Assembly: GCF_006345805.1 (NCBI RefSeq)
Contig: NC_043002.1
Coordinates: 13,454,001-13,518,000, forward strand
Length of the DNA: 64,000 bases
Reading direction: 5' to 3'
Source of the DNA: Octopus sinensis
Taxonomy: Eukaryota
Shown here: one piece after another, positions 51,938 to 64,000 of the stretch
Layout: every line of letters begins with the position of its first letter
Position numbering within the stretch: the stretch's first letter is position 1
Position numbers and translations under genes: made by a program
Notes under the pieces: generated by a model
Told to the model about the DNA's origin: nothing
What the model saw: only the letters and a program-made list of their open reading frames with translations
The model's database searches: none

Positions 51938-53448
51938 CAGTTGCAGCCAAAATGTTCAGAACGGCATTATTTTCTTCAGAAACGTAGGCATAAGTTTTTA
52001 TCAAAGTTGTTTTATATTCTATAATTTTCACAGACAATAAATACAATATTAATTGTTATTGTCTGAGACTTTGGTGTAATTTGAGAGGATAATACAAAAG
52101 TTATGGATGATTTAGTGATTTACTGCAAAACCCATGGTGGCCAAAATGATCAGAACAGTTGCTTTTACTCCTTGTTTTAGTATATTTAACCGCCGAACTC
52201 TAATGTTTTGAATTTGTTTACGTTATGGTTCGTTTACTAAACATTAGTAAGAATATCTGCAGTGTACTTTGTTAATATAATGCCACTTAAACCGTTACCA
52301 ATTCGTCAGCAGATTATTAAGCTTCGAAGGAAGGATAATTTAAGTATTGGATCTATTGCAAAGATTGTTAACAAGTCAAAAAGTGTTGTTCACGGTATTC
52401 TTAAGGTCTTCGATGATTGTGGTTCGTGTGAAGCAAGAAAGTCTACAGGTAGGCCAAGAAAAACGACCAAGAGAGAAGATTGTGCTATGGTAAAGTTGGT
52501 TAAAAAGGACAGATTTAAAACTGCTGCTGCTGTTTCTTGGGAAATGAGCATTGTACTGAAGAAAACGTTATCTCGAAAAACTGTGTCTCATCGTTTAGTT
52601 GAACATAACCTACAAGCAAGTTCACCTGCAGTGAAGCCACTGATCAGCTCCAAAAATAAAAACTGTCGTCTTACCTTTGCAACCGAACATGTGTTGTAGT
52701 CTCAAGAAAAATGGCAAATGGTGCATTTCAGTGATGAATCTAAGTTTATGTCATTTGGCTCAGATGGGAAAAGTAGGTGAAAAATTGTCGCCTAAATGCC
52801 TTAAGACTAGTGTTAAATTCGGTGGAGGAAGTGTCATGGTTAGGAGGATGATATCTGGAGATGGTGTGGGCCCTTTGGTGCGATTACACGGAAAGGTAAA
52901 TGCAGGAGTTTATAAACAACTTGTAAAAGATCATGTCTTGCCTGTGCTGAGAAATTCAACTAAGCGACCACCCATATTCATGCAGGACAATGCCCCATGT
53001 CACAAGGCTAAGGTGGTCATGAACTTCCTCAAGGCTGAAAAGGTTATTATTATGGATTGGCCTGCTCAAAGCCCAGATCTCAATCCTATTGAAAATGTGT
53101 GGAATATTCTAGGAGAACGTTCGAAAGCCAGAAATCCTAAAACAACCGAGCAATTATGGAATGCCCTTCAGGAAGAATGGAATAAGATCACCCAGCAAGA
53201 AATTGAAAATTTAATTTCCTCATGCAGTCAAAGATGTCAAAGCGTGATTGAAGCTAAAGGGCTTCACACTAAATATTAAATAATTCCAGTATTCTCTGTC
53301 ATTTTTGATTATTTTGTTATTTTTTCAACCGTTCTGATCATTTTGGCCGCTATGGGTTTTGCAGTAAATCACTAAATCATCCATAACTTTTGTATTATCC
53401 TCTCAAATTACACCAAAATCTCAGACAATAACAATTAATATCGTATTT
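51938..53448 (+). mobile_element. Tc1-like DD34E transposon with long IR/DR-type TIRs, inactive
   Basis: TA-CAGTTGCAGCCAAAATG start; transposase 52280-53279 with FSDES, QDNAPCH, SPDLNPIEN, one stop and one frameshift; right TIR 53329-53448 truncated. Confidence 0.93.
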
Positions 53449-53996
53449 GAGCACTGGGGTCGATGCAATTGACTTACCCACCCTTGAAATTGATGGCCTT
53501 GTGCCAAAATTTGAAATCAATTATGAGGAGTCTTCGAAATTGAGAAACGTTAGTAACATACAATTTTAGGATACCCATATTATCGGGGTTGATAAAATAG
53601 GTACCATAAGTACAGTCGGCCCAATGTTGCCCAGAGCGAGCTCTGGTCGCCATAGCGTCGACTGTGGGCTTGTAGCTGTGTACAGTCGCCCCATGATGCT
53701 ATAGCAGAAGACATATGCCAAGTTACCACACAGTGGGACTGAACTGAGGACCAAATGTTTTGGAACCAAGTTTGTTATTACACAGCCACACCTGCACCTC
53801 TGTGTGTGGGTGGGTGTATCGGTATGTGTGTATGGGTGTATATATGTATGCATGTACATATGTGTATATATCTATGTGTACATGTACATCTAGACATACA
53901 TCTTTACATATACAGCTACAAATATACATCAGTATATATACATGTATTTATATATATATGTATATATATTTATATATATACAAGTATATATATGTT

Positions 53997-54048
<52 letters not shown>

Positions 54049-54585
54049 TACTCGTCGCCATGATAGATCGTTAGCACTCCACACATTGTTTTCTCTCCTT
54101 GTTTTTTCTGTGTCCCTTGATCTGATGAGCCAGGTTCCTGTATTTCCATTGATTTGTGAATATACAAATGTATTGTATAATTCATAGCATGCATATAGAA
54201 GTAAACATGTAAACATAATTATATTCCACACTGAAATTGATAGTACATCAAGAAGGCTGCGAAACGGCTGTAACACTATGTAAGTCAAATATATTTGTCC
54301 TTCATAGCTTCTGACATATTATGGTTTATATACTCCATCGATCGGATTTCAACTTCATGGACATTCTGCATTACATTCCTCTGTTTTGCATTACTATGTG
54401 ATCGGGTGGTCTGTTAGGGTAACTTTCCGTGATGACCACACCCTTTTCTGCATTCATGTATTTCACTACAAATTTATATCTAGCTATCTAGCTAGCTAGC
54501 TGCTTGTCTGCTTGCCTGTCTGCTTGCCTGTCTGTCTGCCTATGTCTGTGTCTGTGTTTGTGTCTGTGTCTGTGTCTCTCTCTCT

Positions 54586-54639
<54 letters not shown>

Positions 54640-54646
<7 letters not shown>

Positions 54647-54935
54647 CTGTAATTTCAGCTCAGAGTTGTGGCCATGTTGATGCACCGCCGTTTTGATTCA
54701 CTGTTATTACTGAGAGCCTTCTTTAATATGTGGTACTTGGTGAAGAATGCAATTTGATACAGCTACCCTCATTTGCACATCTTGCCGTGAGGTAGGTTCA
54801 TCTGGGACTCTCAACAGGAAGAGGTCCAGCCTTGATTTAAAAACCTCTACATCTACTTTGTGCATGTTCCTCAGACTCTTTGGGAGAATATTAACAAAGG
54901 CCCTTGAAACCCAGGCTGTTGCAGTAAAATTATCT
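54640..54935 (-). mobile_element. CR1/L2-group LINE 3' end with tail
   Basis: NILPKSLRN..VFKSRLDLFLLRVPDEP, followed by tail GGCGGTGCATCAACATGGCCACAAC..CTGAAA. Confidence 0.8.
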
Positions 54936-55298
54936 GTATGTGTGATCCTTATTTTAAGCTAAATTTCAATAATGCCATCTCCAAAAGGAGAGGCTACAGT
55001 AAATGGTGTCCCAGCATGGCCGCGGCCTTCGGGCTAAAACATTTTAAAGGATTTTAAGGATTTATATGTAGATGAGATGTAACGTGACACACAAATAGCA
55101 GAGTACTCGAAGAGGAAAGTAACGTGGTTTAATTCGCTGCACAACTTATAAGTCACCGGAAATATAACTAGGAATTTCCTAGTAGTGATATAATATTTTT
55201 ACACACAGGTACCAAAAGATGTCTATCTCGCATATTAAGATCTCCTCTTCGGATCAAAAACTACAAGCGATATAACTCCTTATCAACCAATACCTTAC

Positions 55299-55354
55299 CA
55301 GCCAACCTATCCCCGTCGATATCCACCCACATGTCCTCTTTGGAAACTCTATAT
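55299..55354 (-). CDS. Candidate small exon (IEFPKRTCGWISTGIGWL, or YRVSKEDMWVDIDGDRLA)
   Basis: Acceptor aaatttttcatag|, donor GCTG|gtaagg; two frames open. Confidence 0.3.
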
Positions 55355-55570
55355 CTATGAAAAATTTGTATAAAGATCTATAACGCCTTCAAATGGCATT
55401 TCAGGAAATTGTACGAGACTAACAACTAACACTTTCAAGAGTCGCTTCTTCCTTCAGTGTACTACTCTCTCAGATCAAATTCTAAGCTTCTGTCATAATT
55501 AGCCTGTAACTTCAAGGATGGGAGACGGACGAGGCACTATAACCACGGTACATCACTGATAGACTCATAC

Positions 55571-55624
55571 CATACTTTAATGAGACACTATTGTAGACTT
55601 TGCCTTTTTGAAAAGTTCCCTCTC
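55571..55624 (-). CDS. Candidate small exon (EGTFQKGKVYNSVSLKY)
   Basis: Acceptor tgtttgtttcag|G, donor TATG|gtatga, only the phase 1-1 frame is open. Confidence 0.3.
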
Positions 55625-56056
55625 CTGAAACAAACAGCAACATTTCTCCGAAATGCTATCCAAAAGCCGCAACCGAAAATGTTCCTTTAATCAAATTTCC
55701 AGAATTTTCAATAGCCTGACTAGGGCAACAGCAAAAATCGATTTCAGCTTATCGGAATAATTGCTTTTGAAACAACAACTTCGAGATGTCACCTGTATTA
55801 TATACAGCAGTTCCAGAAAATTCGCTTTGATTCATTAAAGAACGAGTCTAACCAATAAGAAATAACTTTGAAAACGCACCTTTGGACATCTTATGCATCT
55901 GCCGACTTTCGTAATACCGTCTGAACGGAAAACTAACAAATTTAATTACTGCAATGTGTAAAGAGTACACTTTTCGCAATTGTACACACACCATGCATGT
56001 GTGTGTGTGTGTGTGTGTGTCTGTATGTGTGTGCGTAATGTTTATATGTATGTATG

Positions 56057-56120
<64 letters not shown>

Positions 56121-56173
56121 TATATATATATTATTATATATAAGCGAGAAAGAAGCAACAAGAATGGATAGGT

Positions 56174-56264
56174 TTTTAGTACAATCGTTTCATACAAGGA
56201 CAGGCTTTATTAAAAGTTGCAAAAATTACAGCATATAAACGTGTCCCGTACTCATCAGCTAAAA
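56174..56264 (-). ncRNA. Type I hammerhead ribozyme in the inverted pseudo-LTR
   Basis: TTTTAG-CTGATGA-GTACGGGAC...GTCCTTGTAT-GAAAC(GATT)GT-A-CTAAAA. Confidence 0.82.
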
Positions 56265-58870
56265 TACATGTGCGTTCTCTAGACATCCTAGTGGTTGAGG
56301 CTATACTCATGAAGTAATGAAGATAAGTCGGATATACAGAACAAATTCAAAGTAATTCTGGAAAAAAATTTCCCTATCTCTCATAGATATCATAGAATTA
56401 TATCTAGGAAAACAGTTAGGATTTCTTATTCAACCCTCCCAAATATGTCCACTTTAATAGCTAAGATTAATAATAAAAATATTAAACTAGCCAGGAAAGA
56501 TAGAAATAAAAATAATAATACAGCATGAATACCAATAGCAATTATAATAATACTACCAACAATAAAAACAGCAATAGTAACTATCAAAACATAGGTGAAA
56601 TTAGTAACCACAGAATGACTAATAACATTAACATTAATAGTAATAATAACAATGCCGATATTAATAGAAGTAATAATGTTAATAATAGAAATTATAGATA
56701 TAAGGCTAATGGAGAAAATAAGGAGAATGAAAATATCAGTGATATTTATAACAACAATATGCAGTCGGATAATAAGACTAACAATAATAGTAACATTACC
56801 AATAATATAAGAAATCATGGTAGGACTTTAGACCTAAATGATGAAGCTGAAGGATCAATAAATAATAGCAATACTTTAGATATCAGCACCAACTATAGAA
56901 ATGATAATCAAAATAATAGGAACCTAAGACATCTACCCAAGAATAATCCAAAGCCTGAAGTTGTTCCTCCTGTGTGTAAGTGTAGAAGAAAATCAAAATG
57001 CCCGGCACCTGGTCTATGTGGGGAAAATAATGTAATCTATAAATGTACCATATCCACGGAGAATAACAAATATCTTTACCTTGGATGTACAATTAATTTT
57101 CTAGCCAGAGTTAGAAATCACATCTCGTCTTTTAAATTACGTCATAAAGCTGGTACCACCACACTTTCAAACAAAATCTGGGAACTCAAAAATAATAATA
57201 AAAATTATAAACCTTAATTGGGAAATAGTTAGGAGAGCAATTCCGTATAAAAATAGTAGGGTTGGTTGCCAACTATGCTCCATGGAGACGTATGAAATTC
57301 TAAAGCATAGAAAACATAGAAACTTATTGAATAACCATCTCGAACTAGGTCAAGTTTGTGTCCACGCTAAATTGAAGACTTTAAAACATTTTAAATGATT
57401 AGAATATTCGTAACTAGATAGATAGATAAACTTGATTTCTACTAGTATAGCACTGCTTTAGTAGATAACTAAGTTTTCTCACACTACAGTTATCTTTTTC
57501 CTTATATCTGCATCAGTTTTTTGAGAACAGGGAAATGAATAGTACTTATATGCTGCTTAATTGAGGCCTTATTTAATTTCAAACTCATAATTTTTAAATT
57601 CTTAATTTTAAATCTTAATTGTAATTTTTAATTTTAATTCCTAACTTAATCTAATTTAAGTAGCATAACTCTAATAAAATAAAATGAGTTACTATAGCCC
57701 CATAATTCTATTTCAAACTTAAATAAATAAGGCTACCCCCTCGGTGATAATATGATTATCTTCATTATGATAGACAATCCCCTAACACCTTGTAAATGAT
57801 CTTCTAAGATTTGACCTGTAGTCGTCAATGTATGAATAATAAAGGCAACTCCTTAAGACAATAAAATGAATAAATTAAATAAGTAAATCTTAATGACTTT
57901 TTGATAGGATTATACTTAGATTTTCCTAATGTATTTCCTTTGATTTTAGCATCTGACCCCTAAACCCCTGACTGTGTTATCTCTTTAGATTCTCTTTAAA
58001 TTCATAGCTGATTTCAACAGCAATAAATTAGCTGTTTTACTGGTCAAAGAATAATATTCTCCTCTAGTTCCTAGATGCCTGTAAATTAAAACCAGACTTG
58101 CCGTCTACTGATTCTTCTGTATAACTAGAACCCTCTTTTTTTCTTTTCTTTTTCCTTTCTTTTTTCTTTTTCCCTTCTTTCCCTATTTCTTTCTCTTTTC
58201 TCTTTTTTCTTTTTCTTCTTCTTATTCTCTTTTCCTTTTCTCTTCTCTTTTAGTCCCCTTCCCCCCCTTTTTTTGCTCCCTCCTCCTTTATTTTCTCTCT
58301 TTTCTTCTATTCCCTTCCATTTTCTATTCTTTGCCTCTCTAGAAAGCCCTTCAGCCTTTAAAAGTTAAATAGCTACAGCCTCTCGTAAATAGCAGTAATA
58401 TGATTAATGTGGCAAATACCTAATCATATAACAAGAATTGATACCTACCTCATTGTGTTCAACCATTGATAAATTTATCGCCTGTGAATATGAAATTCCT
58501 CTTCATTTCTCTGGAAATTTACATCTACACCATTGGAAATTGTGCATCTATACAAAGGATTAATTCACCCTCTCTGTAATGCTAATAAGCAGGAATTGAG
58601 ACCCACCTCGTTGTGATTACAATGGATAAATTTGTTTTCTGTGAGTATGTAATCCCTCATCATATCTCTGGAAATTCATATGTGCACTATGGATTAGGTC
58701 ACCTTCTCTGGGTTGCTATTAAAACTTTTTTAAAATTCTGTGATAAGACTGTACATCATCTTTAAAGAACTTTAATGAACTTTGGATATCTGTTTATGTT
58801 TATGTACTTAATTCTTCATTACTTCATGAGTATAGCCTCAACACTAGGATGTCTAGAGAATGCACATGTA

Positions 58871-58960
58871 TTTTAGCTGATGATACGGGACACGTTTATA
58901 TGCTGTAATTTTTGCAACTTTTAATAAAGCCTGTCCTTGTATGAAACGATTGTACTAAAA
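58871..58960 (+). ncRNA. Type I hammerhead ribozyme in the sense pseudo-LTR
   Basis: Same motif lacking G10.1; predicted GUA site at 58952-58954. Confidence 0.75.
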
Positions 58961-59213
58961 ACCTATCCATTCTTGTTGCTTCTTTCTCGCTTATAATCAC
59001 CCCACATTACTGTATTGTTAAAACAGTATAGTTTTTTTTGGTGCATCTAAGTTAGGTACCATATTCAAGTAAATTCATTTAAATTAATGAATCTTTATTG
59101 CTTTTTGAATATATATATATATATATATAATAATAAATATTAGGAATGAATCCAAAATTACAGGGAAAAAATCAGATTTAGGGTTAAATCCAATTTTATA
59201 GTAAAATATTTAT

Positions 59214-59360
59214 ATATAATTCGAGACAAAACCACTATTTTAAAACCAAACAAGGAAAGACTTAATCAATACATAAAATTTTAATATATATTAAAATTTT
59301 ATGTATTGATTAAGTCTTTCCTTGTTTGGTTTAAAATAGTGGTTTTGTCTCGAATTATAT
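59214..59360. repeat. ~147-bp spacerless palindrome between (TA)n tracts
   Basis: Centre at 59287/59288; one indel between arms. Confidence 0.92.
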
Positions 59361-59410
<50 letters not shown>

Positions 59411-59617
59411 AAATGGATAAATGAATATCTTGTTACGGATTATTCAAATTATAACCGATACCTGGGTAGCAAAAATCACAACAGAAAAATTACGGTTGAG
59501 GTTACGACCATGGGGTCTCAAAACCGTGCCTTAGTGCGGAAATTTGAAGTTTTATATATTTAGTGAGGGAAGAAATGGAGCTGAACGAAGATTTTACAAC
59601 ATGTATATATATATATA

Positions 59618-59813
59618 GTTAATCCAAACATAAAAACACAACAACACGAGGACGTGGAACAAGTATAGTGTTATTGAACACTCAGGAAAGGAAAGAAAGA
59701 AGGAGGATTTAACGTTTCGAGCGGAGCTCTTCGTCAGAAACATAGAAAAAGGAAAGAGCCAAGGAAGGGAAGACGGAGGAAAAAATCGCCAACGGTACAC
59801 ACGCGGTCACATT

Positions 59814-59818
<5 letters not shown>
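59618..59818 (-). mobile_element. 201-bp hammerhead-carrying mini-element, copy 2
   Basis: Hammerhead at 59708-59741: GTTT-CTGACGA-A-GAGC(TCC)GCTC-GAAACGT-T-AAA; (TA)n on both sides. Confidence 0.78.
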
Positions 59819-59857
<39 letters not shown>

Positions 59858-60024
59858 ATATATATTCATATGTGTATGTGTGTTAAATTATTATTAAATT
59901 AAATTAATTTAATTTAATTAAACAATGACTTTAAAACGCCCAATGATCAACTTCTCATTGTTAATTGTTAATTATTTCTTATCGTCTCTCTCTCTATATA
60001 TATATATTTATACATCAAACATAA

Positions 60025-60085
<61 letters not shown>

Positions 60086-60138
60086 TATGTATACATACAT
60101 ATACACACACAACCACACACATACATACATACACACAT

Positions 60139-60171
<33 letters not shown>

Positions 60172-61000
60172 CATGCATATACATACATATACACACACAA
60201 TCACACACATACATACACACACATATGTGTGCGTGTGTGTGTGTGTGTAAAAAAAATCATGGTAGAAAATGCTAAATTAATTTTATAAAAAACATTTCAG
60301 TACCGGTTTCGGACATTGAGACTTTTTCAACTGTAAGTATGGAAAACAATTTAATTTTGGAAAAATAAACGAATATTTGCATAGTATTCAAATACAAGAG
60401 GCATTTTCCTTGTTTCTGCCTGTCTCTGTCTCTCTTGTTTATGTATGCACACACATATTTATATATATGTAGATACACACACACACACACACACATATAT
60501 GCACCATATCTATACTTTATAAGGTATACCATGCGTATAAGTTAGAACATGTATGAGTGCCTGCTTTTCTGCTTGTTATGTAAATGTGTGTGTATGTTTG
60601 TATTAATGTTGTCACACAGACACACGGACACATATACACTCAAATGCATGCGCGCACTTTATATACAGCACGAGCGTTTCATGCCTCCATGCTCGTGTAC
60701 GAGGAATTACCAAGCTTTCTGCTTTCTTTATCACACAAGCGACCTTGTATTACTTGTCTTGTATGCTATCGCCTCTGACCCAGTTAAAATGACATTGTTC
60801 ATTTAATCGGGTATCGAGTCCCCCATATGTATGCCCTTGATCCTTTATCTTTTCAGGGTCTCTGAGCCCAGTGGATGGGGCCACTAGCTAGAGTGTGTGC
60901 AGGCCCCGGACCCCACAAAAAGCACATTATCTATAGCAGGCCCAAAAGTAGTGCCCCATTAAAAGTGCTGCCCGGGGTAGGCCACCCTTACCGATCCTGT

Positions 61001-61975
61001 TTCTTTACTACCCACAAGGGGCTAAACACAGAGGAGACAAAGAAGGACAGATAGACGGATTAAGTCGATTATATCGACCCCAGTGCGTAACTGGTACTAA
61101 ATTTATCGACCCTGGAAGGATGAAAGGCAAAGTCGACCTCGGCGGAATTTGAACTCAGAATGTAACGGCAGACGAAATACGGCTACGCATTTCGTCCGTT
61201 GTGCTAACGTTTCTGTCAGCTCGCTACCCTTACGCTAGTGGATGGAGTACTCGACAGGAATTATCCTCTACTCGAAGACCTGACCGGAATGTTTGCAATA
61301 TATTGGCTTCAAATTTTGGGTACGAGGCTAGTAGGTCTGAGTGAGGGGGATAAGTCGATTACATCGTCCCCAGTATGCAACTGGTACTTATTTTATCGAC
61401 CCCGAAAGGATGAAAGGCAAAGTCGAACTCTGCGGAATTTGAACTCAGAACGTAAATACGGACGAAATGCCGTTAAGCCTTTTGTCCGGTGTGCTAACGC
61501 CCCTGCCAGCTCACCGCATGAAATACTTGTGACATATTAAATTCTGCTAAAGGTTCTCTAGAACCAGGTGCTGGTGTACAAATTTTGGGCCTTGTGCCTA
61601 GAGTAGAAAAGAATATTTTAAGGTGCGAGCCGGCAGAAACGTTAGCACGCCCAGTGAAATGCTTAGCGGTATTTCGTCTGCCGTTACGTTGTGAGTTCAA
61701 ATTCCGCCGAGGTCGACTTTGCCTTTCATCCTTTCGGAGTCGATTAAATAAGTAACAGTTACGCACTGGGGTCGATGAAATCGACTTAATACCTATGTCT
61801 GTCCTTGTTTGTCCCCTCTATGTTTAGCTCATTGTGGGTAATAAAGAAATAGGTATTTCGTCTGCCGCTACGTTCTGAGTTCAAATTCCGCCGAGGTCGA
61901 CTTTGCCTTTCATTCTTTCGGTATCGATAAATTAAGTACCACTTTTGTACTGAGGTGCCTAGAGTAGAAAAGATT
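61001..61975. mobile_element. Cluster of three SINE family A units (minus 61001-61228, minus 61310-61520, plus dimer 61621-61975)
   Basis: Consensus matches; dimer junction AAAGAAATAGGTATTTCG at 61843-61860. Confidence 0.9.
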
Positions 61976-62189
61976 ATTACGTATGCATGCATCCATCCAT
62001 TATATACTGTGTACCTCCCCACACAATAATGATAAAACTAATGATTATGATGATGATGGTGATAATGATGATGTTGATGATGATTATTTCTTTTATTCTA
62101 TTTGTAGATCCTAATAAATTCTGAAAATGAAATGTATTTCAATCAACAATACCTTTATAATCATTGAACACACACACACACGTGTGAGT

Positions 62190-62365
62190 GTATATTTGTA
62201 TCCCACACCATTTGACAACCGGTGTTGGTGTGTTTATGTAACAATAGAAAAATACTAGGCTTCAAATAACAAAAGAGCCAGGGTCGATTCATTCGACAAA
62301 AATTCCTCAAGGTGGTGCCCCAGCATGACCGCAGTCTAATGACTGAAGCAAGTAAAAGATAAAAC
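62190..62365 (+). mobile_element. SINE family C, 3' part; a further tail fragment at 62850-62930 (minus)
   Basis: Consensus match. Confidence 0.75.
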
Positions 62366-63331
62366 AAAAAAAAATTGTTTTTTTTTCTTTATACAGGTAA
62401 GAGTGAAATTGACCCACTTTTATTACTTGATTTGATTTAGTGAATTTCGGCCATCAATAATTATATTCATTGCCCGTAAAAACAAAACAAAACAAAAAAA
62501 AAACAGTGCCTTTGAGAGCATGTGAACTCTTGATCTTTCGTTACATTTATTGACTCGGTCATCATCATCACTCACTTTACTTCACTTACCATTTGATAAA
62601 AAATGAGATATTAAAATAACGAGAACTTCTCAAGTACGCCTGGCCGATAAAAACTTATGAAGCTCTCAATCCCAGCATTTGTGACTTTGGGTTCACGTGC
62701 GTTTATATACACAAGGCTGGGCCAAAAGTTCCTTCGAATTTTCGTTGCTGACTTTCGGTTTCTTGTATGACCCTGTTATATCATTAAATTCAAACGATTC
62801 GTACAACGTTGTTGAATTGTTTATTCTGAACTTTCTCATATAACATATACTCTTTTATTCTTTTACTTGTTTCAGTCATTTGACTGTGGCCATGCAGAGC
62901 ACCGCCTTTAGTCGAGCAAATCGACCCCACTGATATTCTCTTTGATTTTCACACACGATAAAATAAGTACCAGTTGAGCACTGAAACTGATGTAAGTGAT
63001 TGGCCCTGCACCCTCGAAATTGTTTGCCCTGTGCCAACATTCGAAACCAGCGTGTGAGATTCGAAGGAAACGATAATAAAACAGAAGGGAATATAACAGT
63101 ATACAGGTGTACTTGAACGACTAATATTATTCGGTTAAGATAACATTGTTTTAGTTTCAATGTCTGATATGAGATCAAACGATTTGCCAGCCAATCGAAT
63201 GTTGAAAAGGATCCAACTAGTGATCTCGTGAGAGAGACATGTTAACCGCAGTATACATACAGATAAGCAACCGTCCATCTATTCATCCATCCATGCATGC
63301 ATGCATACATACATACATGCACGCACACATA

Positions 63332-63332
<1 letters not shown>

Positions 63333-63421
<89 letters not shown>

Positions 63422-63765
63422 GGCTGCCCCCTCGTTATCGAGTATGGCCATTGCACGAAGCTTAACTATTATTAGTGCTGTGATCGAATGTGACTTTTTA
63501 GCCCAGCTAAAGATCTACAATATCTTGTACAGAATTGGCAGCTAAAACCTTTACCGGTAATAGCCGGCTGTAGTTGTACCTTTGCATGTCGTTTAAGTCC
63601 TCCAGCTGAATTACACTCTCTTCCACATGCCCGACAGATATGATTAGTATGGTGTGTAACACCACCACCAGTGACCAGGTTGTCACTCATCTGTCTCACT
63701 TTAGAACTACGAAGATGACTCTTGAGTCCAGCTTTACTGAGGCAGGGTCTTGCACAGACACTGCA
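63333..63765 (-). mobile_element. RTE LINE extreme 3' end: three C2H2 fingers, 3' UTR and (TAA)n tail
   Basis: CSVC..KSH, CRAC..KRH, CQFC..KSHIRSQH; UTR GCAATGGCC..CTCG..AACGAGG..GCAGC also seen at about 7172-7205. Confidence 0.85.
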
Positions 63766-64000
63766 TGTCACATACATACATCCATACATACATACATTCA
63801 AATATACTCATCGTTGGACGAGCGTGACCATCGTTGACAGAGGTGTCAGCGACACTCGTGCAAGGCTTTTAAGTCACGTGCGTCTTGCACGACACCACAA
63901 TGGCTCGTACTAGCAATATCACGAATCCCTGAAACCAGCAAAGGGCAAGATAGCCGGCTCAGTAGAGCAGCGTGTTTTATACATGTGCATATGTCTAGAC

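Larger units (their letters stand above)
56138..58995 (+). mobile_element. Penelope-like element, 5'-truncated: RT C-terminus, Asn-rich linker, GIY-YIG endonuclease, long 3' UTR, inverted pseudo-LTRs
   Basis: 56328: ILEKNFP.SH..RKTVRISYSTLPNM; CKCRRKSKCP..VIYKC..YLG..R..NH..F; C-terminal CQLC; stop at 57396-57398; two compensating frameshifts; inverted repeat 56138-56329 and 58806-58995. Confidence 0.88.

Overview
Eukaryotic, AT-rich, repeat-saturated DNA. From my recollection of the SINE families and microsatellite style it is very probably an octopus genome; this is not database-verified. There is one 100-N gap (34562-34661). There are no rRNA, true tRNA or CRISPR features, and almost all listed ORFs are microsatellite or transposon artefacts. 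Mobile content: more than 20 copies of one tRNA-derived SINE (my family A), four further SINE types, RTE, Tx1, R4/Dong-like and CR1/L2-like LINE pieces, mariner/Tc1 relics, three MITE types, Helentron-like elements and a Penelope-like element (PLE) with a GIY-YIG domain. Main results: (1) about ten type I hammerhead ribozyme motifs on PLE-type termini that mostly run into (TA)n tracts, including a discrete 201-bp ribozyme mini-element present twice and a possible G3-C8 core variant; (2) family A SINEs repeatedly insert at GGTAY, including into themselves, and one copy has a ~157-bp target duplication; (3) a probable unrecognised minus-strand host gene of four phase-compatible exons with one internally duplicated exon; (4) RTE LINEs carrying three tandem C2H2 fingers. 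All coordinates were read by hand and may be off by a few bases.
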